A stretch of 64,000 bases of DNA from Bacteroidota bacterium (GTDB lineage: Bacteria; Bacteroidota; Bacteroidia; Flavobacteriales; Flavobacteriaceae), in NCBI GenBank assembly GCA_031413015.1, contig JANOEE010000016.1, forward strand, positions 72,070 through 136,069, given 5' to 3'. Positions within the stretch are counted from its first letter, which is position 1, and each line of letters starts with the position of its first letter. Below, one piece after another: positions 27,663 to 38,078 of the stretch. The notes under the pieces are model-generated. The model saw only the letters and a program-made list of their open reading frames with translations. It did not search any database and had not been told where the DNA came from. The position numbers and the translations under genes were made by a program.

Positions 27663-29636
27663 CTATTGTTTTACATCTAGCATTTCAAAATTAGAATTCA
27701 TACTTATAAATTCAGGTACTATGGCTTTCATCTTAGCCACAATATCGTTATTGCAATAAAGTTGTGCGGTTGCAATTAACTCATTAATTGCGACTTCCAA
27801 GACATCAAAATCATCACTTTCTTCTAACGCAATCATAATTTTTTCATGATGTGTAGGTAATGTTTTAGAAGTAACATTGAGCAATTCCTCATATAATTTT
27901 TCGCCAGGACGCAAGTCTATAACCTCAATTTTAATTTCTTTTTCAGGCGTAAGACCTGCAAGTTGGATCATTTTTTTAGCCAAATCAATAATTTTAACAG
28001 GCTTGCCCATATCAAAAATATAGATTTCACCGCCATTTCCCATAGCTCCGGCCTCTAGAATCAACTGGCAAGCTTCTTGAATGGTCATGAAATACCTGAT
28101 TATCTCGGGATGTGTTATTGTAAGTGGTCCACCTTTTGCAATTTGGGCATTAAACAAAGGTACAACAGATCCATTTGACCCCAATACATTACCAAATCTT
28201 GTAGTAATGAATTTTGTATTACATTTTTTTTGCTCTACATTGAGTTTGTAATGCAATGCTTGCACATATTTCTCAGCAATACGCTTACTAGCGCCCATAA
28301 CATTACTAGGATTTACTGCCTTATCTGTAGAAACCATAACAAAACTTTCTACATTAAATTCACAAGACAAGTCGGTAATGTTTTTAGTTCCTAATACATT
28401 GACAAATATGGCTTGGGCTGGATTTTCTTCCATCATAGGAACATGTTTGTAAGCAGCTGCATGAAAAACAACATCGGGCTTGTATTTTTTAAAAACTTCT
28501 GTCAATGCGGCTTTATTGCTTACATCGGATATTACAGTTCTTATTTTAGTAGCAGTATCCAGCTTTTCCATTTCTAATTGCAAATGGTGTAAAGGCGTTT
28601 CTGCTTGGTCTAAAATAATTACTTTATTAGGATTAAAATTGATAACCTGTCGTGCTATCTCACTTCCTATAGAACCTGCAGCACCAGAAATTAATATAAC
28701 TTTGCCTTTGAGTTGATCAATAATGGCACGATTATCTAGTACGATAGGTTTTCTTTCAAGCAAATCTTGAATTTGAAAATCCTTAACTTTCTTTGATATT
28801 TCATTACTATTTTCCCAATCAGAAATTACTGGTACGCTGTAGACTTTGTAATTATAGGCGAGACATTCATCAACAATGTTTAGTTTCTGATCTTTTGTTA
28901 AACTTCCATCTGCTATGATCAAACCATCGGCATTAACAGCACGAAGCAGTACTGAAATTTTCTTTTTAAGATTTAAAATTGGTAAATTCAACAACCTCTT
29001 AGAGGCATTTTGATTTTCTTTATCTATAAACCCTACGACCTTAAAACGCGTTGGTTTTTCTGATTTTAGAGTATTAGCTACCGAAATAGCATTGGCATCA
29101 GTACCATAAATCAATGCCTTAATCAAATCTGTTTCTCTTTTTTCAGTAAAATAAATTTCGAAAGTTTGTTTTACAATAATCCTGTAAATGAATAAGGCAC
29201 AGAATGAAAATATAAAATTAATGAACAAACCCGTGCTCATGAACATTTTTTGCCCACTAACAAAAAGACTAATATAATTAACAACTACTAGCGTAACCAT
29301 TGTAAAAAATAAGGAAACAAGAAGACGCATCGCATCTACAAAGGAGGAATGCCTTACAATTCCTGAATAGGTTCTAAAAATCCAGAAATAAGAAATATTG
29401 ACTAATAAAAAAATTGCAATAACAGAGAGCAAGACTTTTTTATGCACGTAATCAATACCCATACCATCTAGTATATAAAACGTGAGTAGCGCTGAAGCGC
29501 AAACGATACTCATGTCTATCAATAAAATAACCCATCTGGGCAAATAATTAATATACATCAAATTATGGGTATTTTTAAATCGCTCAATAGTTTGAGACAA
29601 TAAAGTGGAAGTTGATATTTTATTTTTTTTATCCAA
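27663..29636 (-). CDS. Membrane-anchored CapD/PglF/WbpM-like UDP-sugar 4,6-dehydratase
   Basis: Four to five N-terminal transmembrane segments followed by an SDR domain (ISGAAGSIGSE). The YxxxK region is not obvious. The CapD-family length fits. The start is either the TTG at 29636 or the ATG at 29558. Confidence 0.85.
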   Translation of the reverse strand: MDKKNKISTSTLLSQTIERFKNTHNLMYINYLPRWVILLIDMSIVCASALLTFYILDGMGIDYVHKKVLLSVIAIFLLVNISYFWIFRTYSGIVRHSSFVDAMRLLVSLFFTMVTLVVVNYISLFVSGQKMFMSTGLFINFIFSFCALFIYRIIVKQTFEIYFTEKRETDLIKALIYGTDANAISVANTLKSEKPTRFKVVGFIDKENQNASKRLLNLPILNLKKKISVLLRAVNADGLIIADGSLTKDQKLNIVDECLAYNYKVYSVPVISDWENSNEISKKVKDFQIQDLLERKPIVLDNRAIIDQLKGKVILISGAAGSIGSEIARQVINFNPNKVIILDQAETPLHHLQLEMEKLDTATKIRTVISDVSNKAALTEVFKKYKPDVVFHAAAYKHVPMMEENPAQAIFVNVLGTKNITDLSCEFNVESFVMVSTDKAVNPSNVMGASKRIAEKYVQALHYKLNVEQKKCNTKFITTRFGNVLGSNGSVVPLFNAQIAKGGPLTITHPEIIRYFMTIQEACQLILEAGAMGNGGEIYIFDMGKPVKIIDLAKKMIQLAGLTPEKEIKIEVIDLRPGEKLYEELLNVTSKTLPTHHEKIMIALEESDDFDVLEVAINELIATAQLYCNNDIVAKMKAIVPEFISMNSNFEMLDVKQ

Positions 29637-29718
29637 AATAATGACTTTTAGTGTATTTCGAGCGATGATAAATTTATAAAAAAATAAAACAATATAAAAG
29701 TAAATTTTCTTACAAATA

Positions 29719-30858
29719 TTATTTAAAAAAGGACATTATCGATTTTCTTAACCTTTGTCTATTAGCTTCAGTAAGATTAGATCCAGAAGGAAGACAAAGA
29801 CCGATATTAAACAATTGTTCGGCAACAATGGTTCCATAATAAGGATATTGGGCAAATAGAGGTTGTAAATGCATCGGTTTCCATAAAGGACGGCTTTCTA
29901 TACTTAATTTTTTCAGATGCAATCTTAGATGTTCACGTGTTTTACCATTCGTTTTGGAAGCATCTACAGTTATTACAGTCAACCAATAATTTGCAAAATA
30001 ATCAGCATTAGGCACTGTAAAAACTGTAACTCCAGCAATGTTTGCGAAAACTTCTTGATAAAATTGATTCATATTCCTTCTCAAATCAATATGTTTGTCT
30101 AAAACCTGCATTTGGCCCCTGCCTATTCCTGCACAAATATTACTCATCCTGTAATTATAACCTATTTCACTATGCTCATAGTGTGGTGCATTGTCTCTTG
30201 ACTGGGTGGCAAAGAAAACTGATTTGTCTTTTAACGCTCTTGTAGGCACTACTATTGCACCGCCACCAGAAGTAGTTATAATTTTATTACCATTAAACGA
30301 AAGAACAGCAATATCACCAAAAGTACCACATTTCTGTCCCTTGTAACTGCTGCCTAAAGCCTCTGCACTGTCTTCTAAAATGGGTATGCTATAACAATCT
30401 GCCACTGTCCTAACAGCTTCAATTTGATAAGGCACACCATACAGATGAACTGCAATGATCGCTTTTGGTTTTTTACCATTGGCGATAACATCCACAATTG
30501 CTTCTTCTAAAGCCACAGGACATAAATTCCAGGTTTCTGGTTCACTATCAATAAAAATCGGCGTCGCACCTTGGTACAAAATAGGATTTGCCGATGCAGA
30601 AAAAGTCATACTCTGGCAAATTACCACATCGCCAGTTTTAACACCAAGCAAAACAAGTCCCAAATGTATTGCTGCTGTTCCAGAATTTAAAGCGGCAACC
30701 TGAACATCTTGACCTAAATAACTTTCTAAATCGTTTTCAAATCCAGTGATATTAGGCCCTAAAGGCGCTACCCAATTGGTATCAAAAGCCTCGTTAACAA
30801 ATTGTTGTTCATTACCTCCCATATGCGGAGAAGAAAGCCATATTTTTGTGTTAATCAT
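29719..30858 (-). CDS. DegT/DnrJ/EryC1/StrS-family PLP-dependent sugar aminotransferase (PglE-like)
   Basis: 379 aa. The family-typical segment SFNGNKIITTSGGGA carries the PLP lysine. Confidence 0.9.
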   Translation of the reverse strand: MINTKIWLSSPHMGGNEQQFVNEAFDTNWVAPLGPNITGFENDLESYLGQDVQVAALNSGTAAIHLGLVLLGVKTGDVVICQSMTFSASANPILYQGATPIFIDSEPETWNLCPVALEEAIVDVIANGKKPKAIIAVHLYGVPYQIEAVRTVADCYSIPILEDSAEALGSSYKGQKCGTFGDIAVLSFNGNKIITTSGGGAIVVPTRALKDKSVFFATQSRDNAPHYEHSEIGYNYRMSNICAGIGRGQMQVLDKHIDLRRNMNQFYQEVFANIAGVTVFTVPNADYFANYWLTVITVDASKTNGKTREHLRLHLKKLSIESRPLWKPMHLQPLFAQYPYYGTIVAEQLFNIGLCLPSGSNLTEANRQRLRKSIMSFFK

Positions 30859-30970
30859 TTTCTATTGAATTATATTTTATGATTTTAACTGAATTACTTA
30901 CAAATTTTTTTGAGACTATAGCGCCTCAATAATTACTTTAAAGTGTCCGCTTGCCTCGTAAATAATAATT

Positions 30971-31573
30971 TCAGTTTCCATTGAATCGTTCTGTAGTTAC
31001 TTGTCCTTCCATATTAATACCTTCTCTGATGATCACTTTTTTGAAAGTAAGCAAAAAAATTTTCAAATCTAACAAAAAGCTAATATGGTCTACATACCAA
31101 ACATCCAGTTCAAATTTTTGTTGCCAACTTATTGCATTTCTACCATTTACCTGCGCCCAGCCTGTTATACCTGGTTTAACTTCGTGACGTCTTTGTTGGA
31201 CTTGATCATACAACGACAAATATTCGGGTAATAAAGGGCGTGGTCCTATAAGACTCATATCGCCTAAAATAACATTAAACAATTGAGGAATCTCATCTAA
31301 TGAGTTTTTACGTATAAATTTACCAATTTTTGTTAAACGCAATTCATCAGATAATAATTTTCCTTTGGTATCTTTTTTATCATTCATAGTTTTAAACTTG
31401 ATAATTTTAAAAATTTTACCTTTTTTACCAGGACGCAGTTGAAAAAAAAAGGGTTTCCCATCATTTTCAAAAAATAGCAACGTTAGTGCAATAAGTAATA
31501 TTGGCATAAGCACAATCAATCCAACAAATGCGATAAAAAAATCTATTGTGTATTTAATAAAGACCTTATACAT
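30971..31573 (-). CDS. Small bacterial sugar transferase: initiating undecaprenyl-phosphate phosphoglycosyl transferase (PglC/WbaP C-terminal type)
   Basis: One N-terminal re-entrant hydrophobic helix. Motifs [21 protein letters not shown] and GITGWAQV. The ORF-track start at 31609 is a TTG, and the ATG at 31573 is preferred. Confidence 0.85.
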   Translation of the reverse strand: MYKVFIKYTIDFFIAFVGLIVLMPILLIALTLLFFENDGKPFFFQLRPGKKGKIFKIIKFKTMNDKKDTKGKLLSDELRLTKIGKFIRKNSLDEIPQLFNVILGDMSLIGPRPLLPEYLSLYDQVQQRRHEVKPGITGWAQVNGRNAISWQQKFELDVWYVDHISFLLDLKIFLLTFKKVIIREGINMEGQVTTERFNGN

Positions 31574-32077
31574 AATATTTGATAATTCATTTAGGAAGCA
31601 AACTAACAATAAAAAATTGAATGAATTTTTTAGAACTACGCATTAATTAAAATTGTATCTCAATAAAACAAAAACATTGTTAAATAATTTTTGGTATTTA
31701 ATCTATATGAATTTTCCTTTTGAATTTATAGGAATTAATTGCATAAACACTTCAATATTTTTAAAATACCAACCCTCTTTAACAATTCTCAATCGCTTTT
31801 TTATAGCAAAAATAGAATTGGTATTTAATTATCCTTGTACTTTGTTCTTATAAATTCTTTATAAAAATAAGCATTAGAATCAATAGACACTCAATAATTA
31901 TTAATCCTAAAAAAAATAAACAAAATCAAACAAGCTAAAAAAACTTCCAGATAGGAAAACCTGTATTTTATAGAGTTCTTTTTAAATCTTTGCAAAAATT
32001 ATTAGTAAAACATAAGTATAACCCGCACTACATAATTGAAATAAATAATCTCAAGCTCTTTTTGGATAACTTTTAAT

Positions 32078-33073
32078 CCGTTGGGTATAATTAAATTTTT
32101 TGATTTTTAATATTGTTTATTGGTTTGTCAAATATGAACTTATTGATATACTGAACCAATATTAATGCTGCTACTTTTGCTGAAATTCTTGGTTTAAAAT
32201 CTTCAAAAGTTTTGGCATAATTGTTTCTAATTCTGAATTGGTCGCGCAATTTTGAAAATAATGTTTCAATCTTTTTTCTTGATTTACTAACGATATCTGG
32301 TTGTGGCTTATATTCTTTTTGATTAACTCTTTTTGGTGTTTCTAATTTGACATTACTGTTTGAAACCAATCCAGTTGAATACTTTAAAACAAGTAACCTA
32401 TATATATCTCCAAGCAACACACAATCAGATATTTGATGCTTTTTATTTTCTAAAAAATGAACACCGTGAACTTCTACTTTTGTAATGTCTAGGGAATAAA
32501 AAATTACATTTATAAAACAAACTCCATGCAATTTATATCCTTAAAACCAGTTGTTTTGAGAAGTACAAACCCTTTCAAAGGAGCAGTTTCTAAATCCTTT
32601 TAACGGATTTTAATTCTTCAATGACGAGCAAATTTGTATATCTACAACGTCATACTATCGACGCTAAATTCATCTTCAAATTCTAAAAACCGTGAAGCTA
32701 ATTTTGTTCCAACTTCTTCTAATAAGAAAAACAATTTTGGCTTCTTTTATTAAACTGACTTCGTTTAATCAGATTTGAAATTTGACTATCATCCGCCGAT
32801 ATAAATAATGCGTTTTACTATAAATCTAAATAAATTCAGCTGTTAAAGTAAGTGCAATTACCTCTAAACTAGACGTTTTTTAGTTTTCTTCCGACATCTG
32901 ATTTATTCTCTAATTTACAATTTAAAGAACCTATAACTTTTTAAACTCTAAAATAATTTTTAGCTAAGTTTGACATAGATATTGGTTGCTTTTATAATTC
33001 AAGATACTGAATTTCAATATATTAACCAATATTTAATCGATTTATTTTGTTTCAAATAATTACACCCAACAGG
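32078..33073 (-). mobile_element. Decayed IS982-family insertion sequence (about 1 kb)
   Basis: Imperfect terminal inverted repeats: ccGTTGGGTATAATTA at 32078-32093, and the reverse complement of TAATTACACCCAACagg at 33057-73. They enclose a transposase reading frame broken by several stops and frameshifts. Confidence 0.6.
32091..32976 (-). pseudogene. IS982-family transposase pseudogene
   Basis: The intact C-terminal 146-aa ORF (ETLFSKLRDQFRIRNNYAKTFEDFKPRISAKVAALILVQY) looks like an IS982 transposase. Upstream fragments lie in other frames: KTSSLEVIALTLTAEFI then a stop, and NLIKRSQFNKR. The putative original ATG is at 32976. Confidence 0.6.
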
Positions 33074-33144
33074 TTGAAATTTTTAATTGATTCCTGCTCC
33101 TATTCAAATTTAAAACCCATTACCAAGAACCTAAAACCTTAAAA

Positions 33145-34191
33145 TCAATTATATTGTTTATCGTAATAATCTTTATAAGCTCCAGAAGTAACATTCTCAA
33201 GCCATTCTTTATTATCAAGATACCAATTGACTGTTTTTTCTAAACCTTCTTCAAAGGTAACGCTCGGCTGCCAACCCAGTTCTTTATTAATTTTTGAAGC
33301 ATCTATAGCATAACGCAAATCATGGCCTGGACGGTCTTTTACATAAGTAATCAATTGGGCAGAAGTTCCTGCAACCCTTCCTAATTTTTGATCCATGATT
33401 TGGCACAACAACTTGACCAAATCAATATTTTTCCATTCGTTAAAACCTCCAATGTTGTAGGTTTCATGATTATTACCTTGGTGAAAAACCAAATCAATGG
33501 CTACCGCATGATCTTCTACAAAAAGCCAGTCACGGGTATAATTACCATCACCATAGACGGGCAATGGCAGATTATGAATGATATTATTGATAAACAACGG
33601 AATTAATTTTTCGGGAAAGTGAAAAGGACCATAATTGTTAGAACAATTAGTCAAAACATAAGGCAAACCATAGGTTTCTCCGTAGGCCCTTACAAAATGA
33701 TCCGAACTGGCTTTTGAAGCCGAATAAGGAGAGTTGGGGTCATAAGGGGTAGTTTCAGTAAACAACCCTTCGGCGCCAAGCGAACCGTAAACCTCATCAG
33801 TACTAATATGATAAAAACGTTTTCCTTCGCTATTATTTTTCCATTGGTTTTTTGCGGCATTTAATAAATTCATCGTACCTATAACATTGGTTTTTACAAA
33901 TGAAAGCGGATCTTCAATAGAACGATCCACATGTGATTCTGCAGCAAGATGCAAAACACCTTCAAATTCATGCAACGCAAAAAGAGAATCGATAAAAACA
34001 GCATCAACAATATCTCCTTTTACAAAAGTATAATTTGCAGCAGCTGCAATATCCTTGATATTTTCTAAATTACCGGCATAAGTGAGGGCGTCTAAATTAT
34101 AAATATGATAATCTGGGTAATTTAGAACAAATCTTCTTACCACATGAGAACCTATAAATCCTGCTCCACCAGTAATTAATATTTTTTTCAT
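33145..34191 (-). CDS. rfbB: dTDP-glucose 4,6-dehydratase
   Basis: TGGAGFIGSH, YSASKASSDH (YxxxK) and DGNYTRDWLFVEDH are typical of RmlB. Confidence 0.9.
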   Translation of the reverse strand: MKKILITGGAGFIGSHVVRRFVLNYPDYHIYNLDALTYAGNLENIKDIAAAANYTFVKGDIVDAVFIDSLFALHEFEGVLHLAAESHVDRSIEDPLSFVKTNVIGTMNLLNAAKNQWKNNSEGKRFYHISTDEVYGSLGAEGLFTETTPYDPNSPYSASKASSDHFVRAYGETYGLPYVLTNCSNNYGPFHFPEKLIPLFINNIIHNLPLPVYGDGNYTRDWLFVEDHAVAIDLVFHQGNNHETYNIGGFNEWKNIDLVKLLCQIMDQKLGRVAGTSAQLITYVKDRPGHDLRYAIDASKINKELGWQPSVTFEEGLEKTVNWYLDNKEWLENVTSGAYKDYYDKQYN

Positions 34192-34209
34192 TGTATGTAT
34201 TTTATAATT

Positions 34210-35607
34210 TTATTTTGAACTTCCAACTGCTGCAAACACAAATCCTATTGTACGCATGGCTTCGGGATTCAAAATATTCCTTCCGTCAAAAAGGAAAGCT
34301 GGTTTTTGCATAGCATTATATATTTTTTTCCAATCATAGGTTGCAAAAGCATCCCATTCGGTCAAAATCGCTATGGCATGCGCATCTTTGCAAATAGCGT
34401 AAGGATCTTGGACTACAGTAATGCCATTTTTATTTTCCTCTATCGTGCGTGTTTGTAGGTAATTCAAATCATTTAAAATCTGTTGCTCTTTGACCTGTGG
34501 ATCAAAAATTGCAATTTGCGCTTGCTCATTCAGCAAATAATCGGCTACATAAATGGCTGCTGATTCTCGGGTATCATTAGTATCTTTCTTAAAAGCCCAA
34601 CCTAAAAAAGCGATTTTTTTACCTGAAACCGTATTGTACAAAGTTTTCACCATATTACTTGCAAAACGTTTTTTTTGATGGTCGTTCATGATGATAACTT
34701 GCTCCCAATAATCGGCTACTTCATGCAATCCATAAGATTTTGCAATGTAAACCAAATTAAGGATGTCTTTTTGGAAACATGAACCTCCAAAACCTACAGA
34801 AGCTTGTAAAAATTTTGACCCAATCCTAGTATCCATTCCCACAGCCTTAGCCACTTCGGAAATATCCGCACCTGTTTTTTCGCAAAGTTCAGACATGGCA
34901 TTGATGGAGGAAACGCGTTGGGCTAAAAATGCATTTGCAGTCAATTTTGACAATTCCGACGACCAAACATTTGTAGTCAAAATCTTTTCTTGCGGCACCC
35001 AATTCTGATAAATAGCTGCCAGAGCATCAATGGCTTCTTGCCCTTCTGAAGAATTATCGCCCCCAATCAAAACCCGATCCGGATGTAACAAATCAGCCAC
35101 AGCAGTGCCTTCGGCTAAAAATTCGGGATTTGAAAGTATTTGAAACTGAACACCATTTCCTGTATTGTCTAGAATATTTTTAATCGCTTCGGCAGTTCTC
35201 ACTGGCAATGTCGATTTTTCTACAACAATTTTATTGTCTTTTGCAACCGATGCAATCTGTCTGGCGCAAAGTTCTATATATTTTAAATCAGCAGCCATTC
35301 CTTTGCCCAATCCATAGGTTTTTGTAGGCGTATTAACCGAAATAAAAATCATTTGGGCTTCGTCAATTGCTTTTTCAACTTCAGTAGAAAAAAATAAGTT
35401 TTTACCTCTTGCTCTTGCTACAATAGCGCCCAGTCCTGGTTCATAAATAGGTATTTGATTGATATCTTGGTTATTCCAAGCCGCAATTCTATCGGGATTC
35501 AAGTCCACAACGGTTACTTTTATATCAGGGCATTTATCAGCAATAATAGCCATAGTAGGACCGCCTACATAACCTGCACCAATGCAACAAATATTTGTTA
35601 TTTTCAT
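34210..35607 (-). CDS. ugd: UDP-glucose 6-dehydrogenase (eukaryote-like long form)
   Basis: [11 protein letters not shown], catalytic GGSCFQKD, 465 aa. Confidence 0.9.
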   Translation of the reverse strand: MKITNICCIGAGYVGGPTMAIIADKCPDIKVTVVDLNPDRIAAWNNQDINQIPIYEPGLGAIVARARGKNLFFSTEVEKAIDEAQMIFISVNTPTKTYGLGKGMAADLKYIELCARQIASVAKDNKIVVEKSTLPVRTAEAIKNILDNTGNGVQFQILSNPEFLAEGTAVADLLHPDRVLIGGDNSSEGQEAIDALAAIYQNWVPQEKILTTNVWSSELSKLTANAFLAQRVSSINAMSELCEKTGADISEVAKAVGMDTRIGSKFLQASVGFGGSCFQKDILNLVYIAKSYGLHEVADYWEQVIIMNDHQKKRFASNMVKTLYNTVSGKKIAFLGWAFKKDTNDTRESAAIYVADYLLNEQAQIAIFDPQVKEQQILNDLNYLQTRTIEENKNGITVVQDPYAICKDAHAIAILTEWDAFATYDWKKIYNAMQKPAFLFDGRNILNPEAMRTIGFVFAAVGSSK

Positions 35608-35640
35608 TTTTATATTTGAATTAAATCCATTTATTTATTT

Positions 35641-36915
35641 TTATAATCTGGCATCTGCAACGGCACCTAGCACACCTTTAACATCATAAACCACACTTTT
35701 TTCAGCTTTAAGCACGTCATAATTCAATTTTAAAAACGCATCATGAGCCACGCCCAAAACTATGACGCTAAATTTTGTATCAGGAACGTTTTGAGTAGAT
35801 ACAAGCTGATAGGCATTCAATACCGCTTCGGGATTTGCCCAAGGGTCATAAATTGTAACGACAATTCCATAATCTTTTAGCGAAGCTATAACGTCTACAA
35901 TTTTAGTATTCCTAAAATCAGGACAGTTTTCTTTGAATGTAATGCCCAACATGAGTAATTGGGAACCATTGACTTCAATGCCATTTTTAATCATTAACTT
36001 CACAACTTGTGACGCTACATATTCACCCATACTGTCATTAAGCCGTCTTCCTGCAAGAATAATTTCTGGATGATAACCCATTTGTTGGGCTTTTTGTGCC
36101 AAATAATATGGATCGACACCTATGCAATGACCACCAACTAATCCTGGTTTAAAGGGAAGAAAATTCCATTTGGTTCCAGCCGCTTCTAAAACATCATGGG
36201 TATCGATATTTAGGATATTAAATATTTTGGACAATTCATTAACAAAAGCAATGTTGATATCGCGCTGCGAATTTTCTATAACTTTAGCCGCCTCAGCCAC
36301 CTTAATTGAGGGCGCAAGATGTGTTCCCGCCGCAATTACCGATTGGTAAAGTACATTTACTTTTTGACCTGTTGCTGGTGTAGAACCTGAAGTAACTTTT
36401 AATATTTTTTCAACAGTATGGGCTTTGTCGCCAGGATTAATACGCTCTGGTGAATAGCCAACAAAAAAATCTTTGTTGAACTGCAAACCACTTATTTTTT
36501 CTAAAACAGGCACACATTCCTCTTCGGTGGCACCAGGATACACGGTAGATTCATAAATCACGATATCACCCTTTTTTAAAACTTTTGCTACGGTTTCACT
36601 AGCGAGATACAGTGGCGTCAAATCTGGTTTGTTGTTTTTATCTACCGGAGTAGGAACCGTAACAATATAATAATTACAAGCGGCAATATCATCGAGTACA
36701 GAAGTGCAATACAAACCATTAGCATGGGTAGAATTTGTAGACAACAAAACCGATTGCAACATTTCCTTTTCTATTTCTAAAGTATGATCTACACCAGAGT
36801 TCAATTGCGAAACCCTGTAAGCATTGGTATCAAATCCCACAACCGAATATTTGGTCGCAAACAGTCTCGCTAATGGTAATCCTACGTATCCTAAGCCTAT
36901 GATCGCTATCTTCAT
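35641..36915 (-). CDS. Nucleotide-sugar dehydrogenase (WbpO/TviB-like UDP-N-acetylhexosamine 6-dehydrogenase)
   Basis: GLGYVGLPLA, catalytic GGHCIGVDP, 424 aa. It is paired with a WbpP/TviC-like epimerase. Confidence 0.8.
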   Translation of the reverse strand: MKIAIIGLGYVGLPLARLFATKYSVVGFDTNAYRVSQLNSGVDHTLEIEKEMLQSVLLSTNSTHANGLYCTSVLDDIAACNYYIVTVPTPVDKNNKPDLTPLYLASETVAKVLKKGDIVIYESTVYPGATEEECVPVLEKISGLQFNKDFFVGYSPERINPGDKAHTVEKILKVTSGSTPATGQKVNVLYQSVIAAGTHLAPSIKVAEAAKVIENSQRDINIAFVNELSKIFNILNIDTHDVLEAAGTKWNFLPFKPGLVGGHCIGVDPYYLAQKAQQMGYHPEIILAGRRLNDSMGEYVASQVVKLMIKNGIEVNGSQLLMLGITFKENCPDFRNTKIVDVIASLKDYGIVVTIYDPWANPEAVLNAYQLVSTQNVPDTKFSVIVLGVAHDAFLKLNYDVLKAEKSVVYDVKGVLGAVADARL

Positions 36916-36966
36916 TTGTGTTTTTGATAATAAGTTGTATGCTATAAACCTTCCGTATAATTTTAA

Positions 36967-37950
36967 TTATTTTAAATGGTTCCAATACCAATCAATCGCT
37001 TCATTTAATCCTTTTTCTATCGAAAATTGTGGCGCATAACCCAATAATTCCTTGGCTTTATCGATACTTGCCAGTGAATGGGGAATGTCTCCAGACCTAC
37101 TAGAACCATAAGTAATAGGGATTTTTTGAATTTCAGGATCGTATTTTGACAAATCATCTTTTAAATAACACAACAGCTCATTGAGCGTGGTTCTTGCTCC
37201 AAAAGCTGTGTTGTAAACGGTGTTAATGGCTGCTTTATTATCCGTAGTCATGGCCAATTCATTCATTTGAATTACATTATCTATATAAGTAAAATCACGT
37301 GAAAATGTACCATCTCCATTTACAACTGGCGATTGATGTTGCATGAGTTGCATTATAAATTTAGGTATTACAGCTGCATAAGCACCGTTAGGATCTTGCT
37401 TTCTACCAAAAACGTTAAAATAACGCAATCCTATCGTTTCTAAACCGTAAGTGGTATTGAAAATGCCAGCATACAATTCGTTTACATATTTAGTTATCGC
37501 ATAAGGTGATAAAGGTTTCCCGATGTTCGATTCCACTTTTGGAAGCGCCTCTGAATCTCCATAAGTAGACGAACTCGCTGCATAAACAAACCTTTTTACG
37601 CCAGCTTCTTTAGAAGCAACAAGCATGTTCAAAAAGCCGCCTACATTGACTTCATTCGTAGTGATTGGATCGTTTATTGAACGTGGAACTGAGCCTAGAG
37701 CGGCTTGGTGCAAAACATATTGAACCCCTTGAACCGCTTGATGACAATGAGAAAGATTGCGGATATCGCCTTCTATCAATTTGAAATTTTTATGTTGTAA
37801 CAGCGCCTCAATATTATGACGGTGTCCTGAAGCAAAATTATCCAAACAAACCACTTTATAATTTTTTGAAATAAAATACTCGCACAAGTTAGCACCTATA
37901 AAACCAGCTCCACCTGTAATGAGGATTTTTATGTTTATTTCTGTAATCAT
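36967..37950 (-). CDS. NAD-dependent UDP-N-acetylglucosamine 4-epimerase (WbpP/TviC-like)
   Basis: TGGAGFIGANL, YAITKYVNE (YxxxK), 327 aa. Confidence 0.8.
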   Translation of the reverse strand: MITEINIKILITGGAGFIGANLCEYFISKNYKVVCLDNFASGHRHNIEALLQHKNFKLIEGDIRNLSHCHQAVQGVQYVLHQAALGSVPRSINDPITTNEVNVGGFLNMLVASKEAGVKRFVYAASSSTYGDSEALPKVESNIGKPLSPYAITKYVNELYAGIFNTTYGLETIGLRYFNVFGRKQDPNGAYAAVIPKFIMQLMQHQSPVVNGDGTFSRDFTYIDNVIQMNELAMTTDNKAAINTVYNTAFGARTTLNELLCYLKDDLSKYDPEIQKIPITYGSSRSGDIPHSLASIDKAKELLGYAPQFSIEKGLNEAIDWYWNHLK

Positions 37951-37978
37951 ATTCTTAGTATTTGCTTGGTATAATTGC

Positions 37979-37986
37979 CAAAGATA
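37979..37986 (-). promoter_or_regulatory. Candidate internal -7 box (TATCTTTG) ahead of the epimerase gene
   Basis: Exact TAnnTTTG match 29 nt upstream of the ATG at 37950. Confidence 0.3.
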
Positions 37987-38042
37987 AAATTTATAAAGAT
38001 AATGCGATTATGTTTTAAGCCCAATCTCTTGTGTTTAAAATT

Positions 38043-38076
38043 AAAAAGACACTACCTTAATTTGAATAAAGGCAGT
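38043..38076 (-). terminator. Candidate weak or internal terminator directly after wzc
   Basis: 8-bp stem (actgcctt / aaggtagt, one G-U pair) followed by gtcttttt on the minus strand. Confidence 0.4.
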
Positions 38077-38078
38077 AC

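Noticed and set aside
31442-31450. A9 homopolymer (FFF codons) inside the initiating sugar transferase, considered as a possible phase-variation switch.
   Set aside because: Tracts of similar length are common in this AT-rich sequence (for example 13163-13171 and 55932-55940). Nothing suggests a frameshifted state here.
31653-31853. 66-aa plus-strand ORF in the gap of the polysaccharide locus.
   Set aside because: It is AT-rich and low-complexity, has no recognisable motif, and is oriented against every other gene in the locus. It is treated as non-coding or a possible remnant region (see the finding on 31574-33144).
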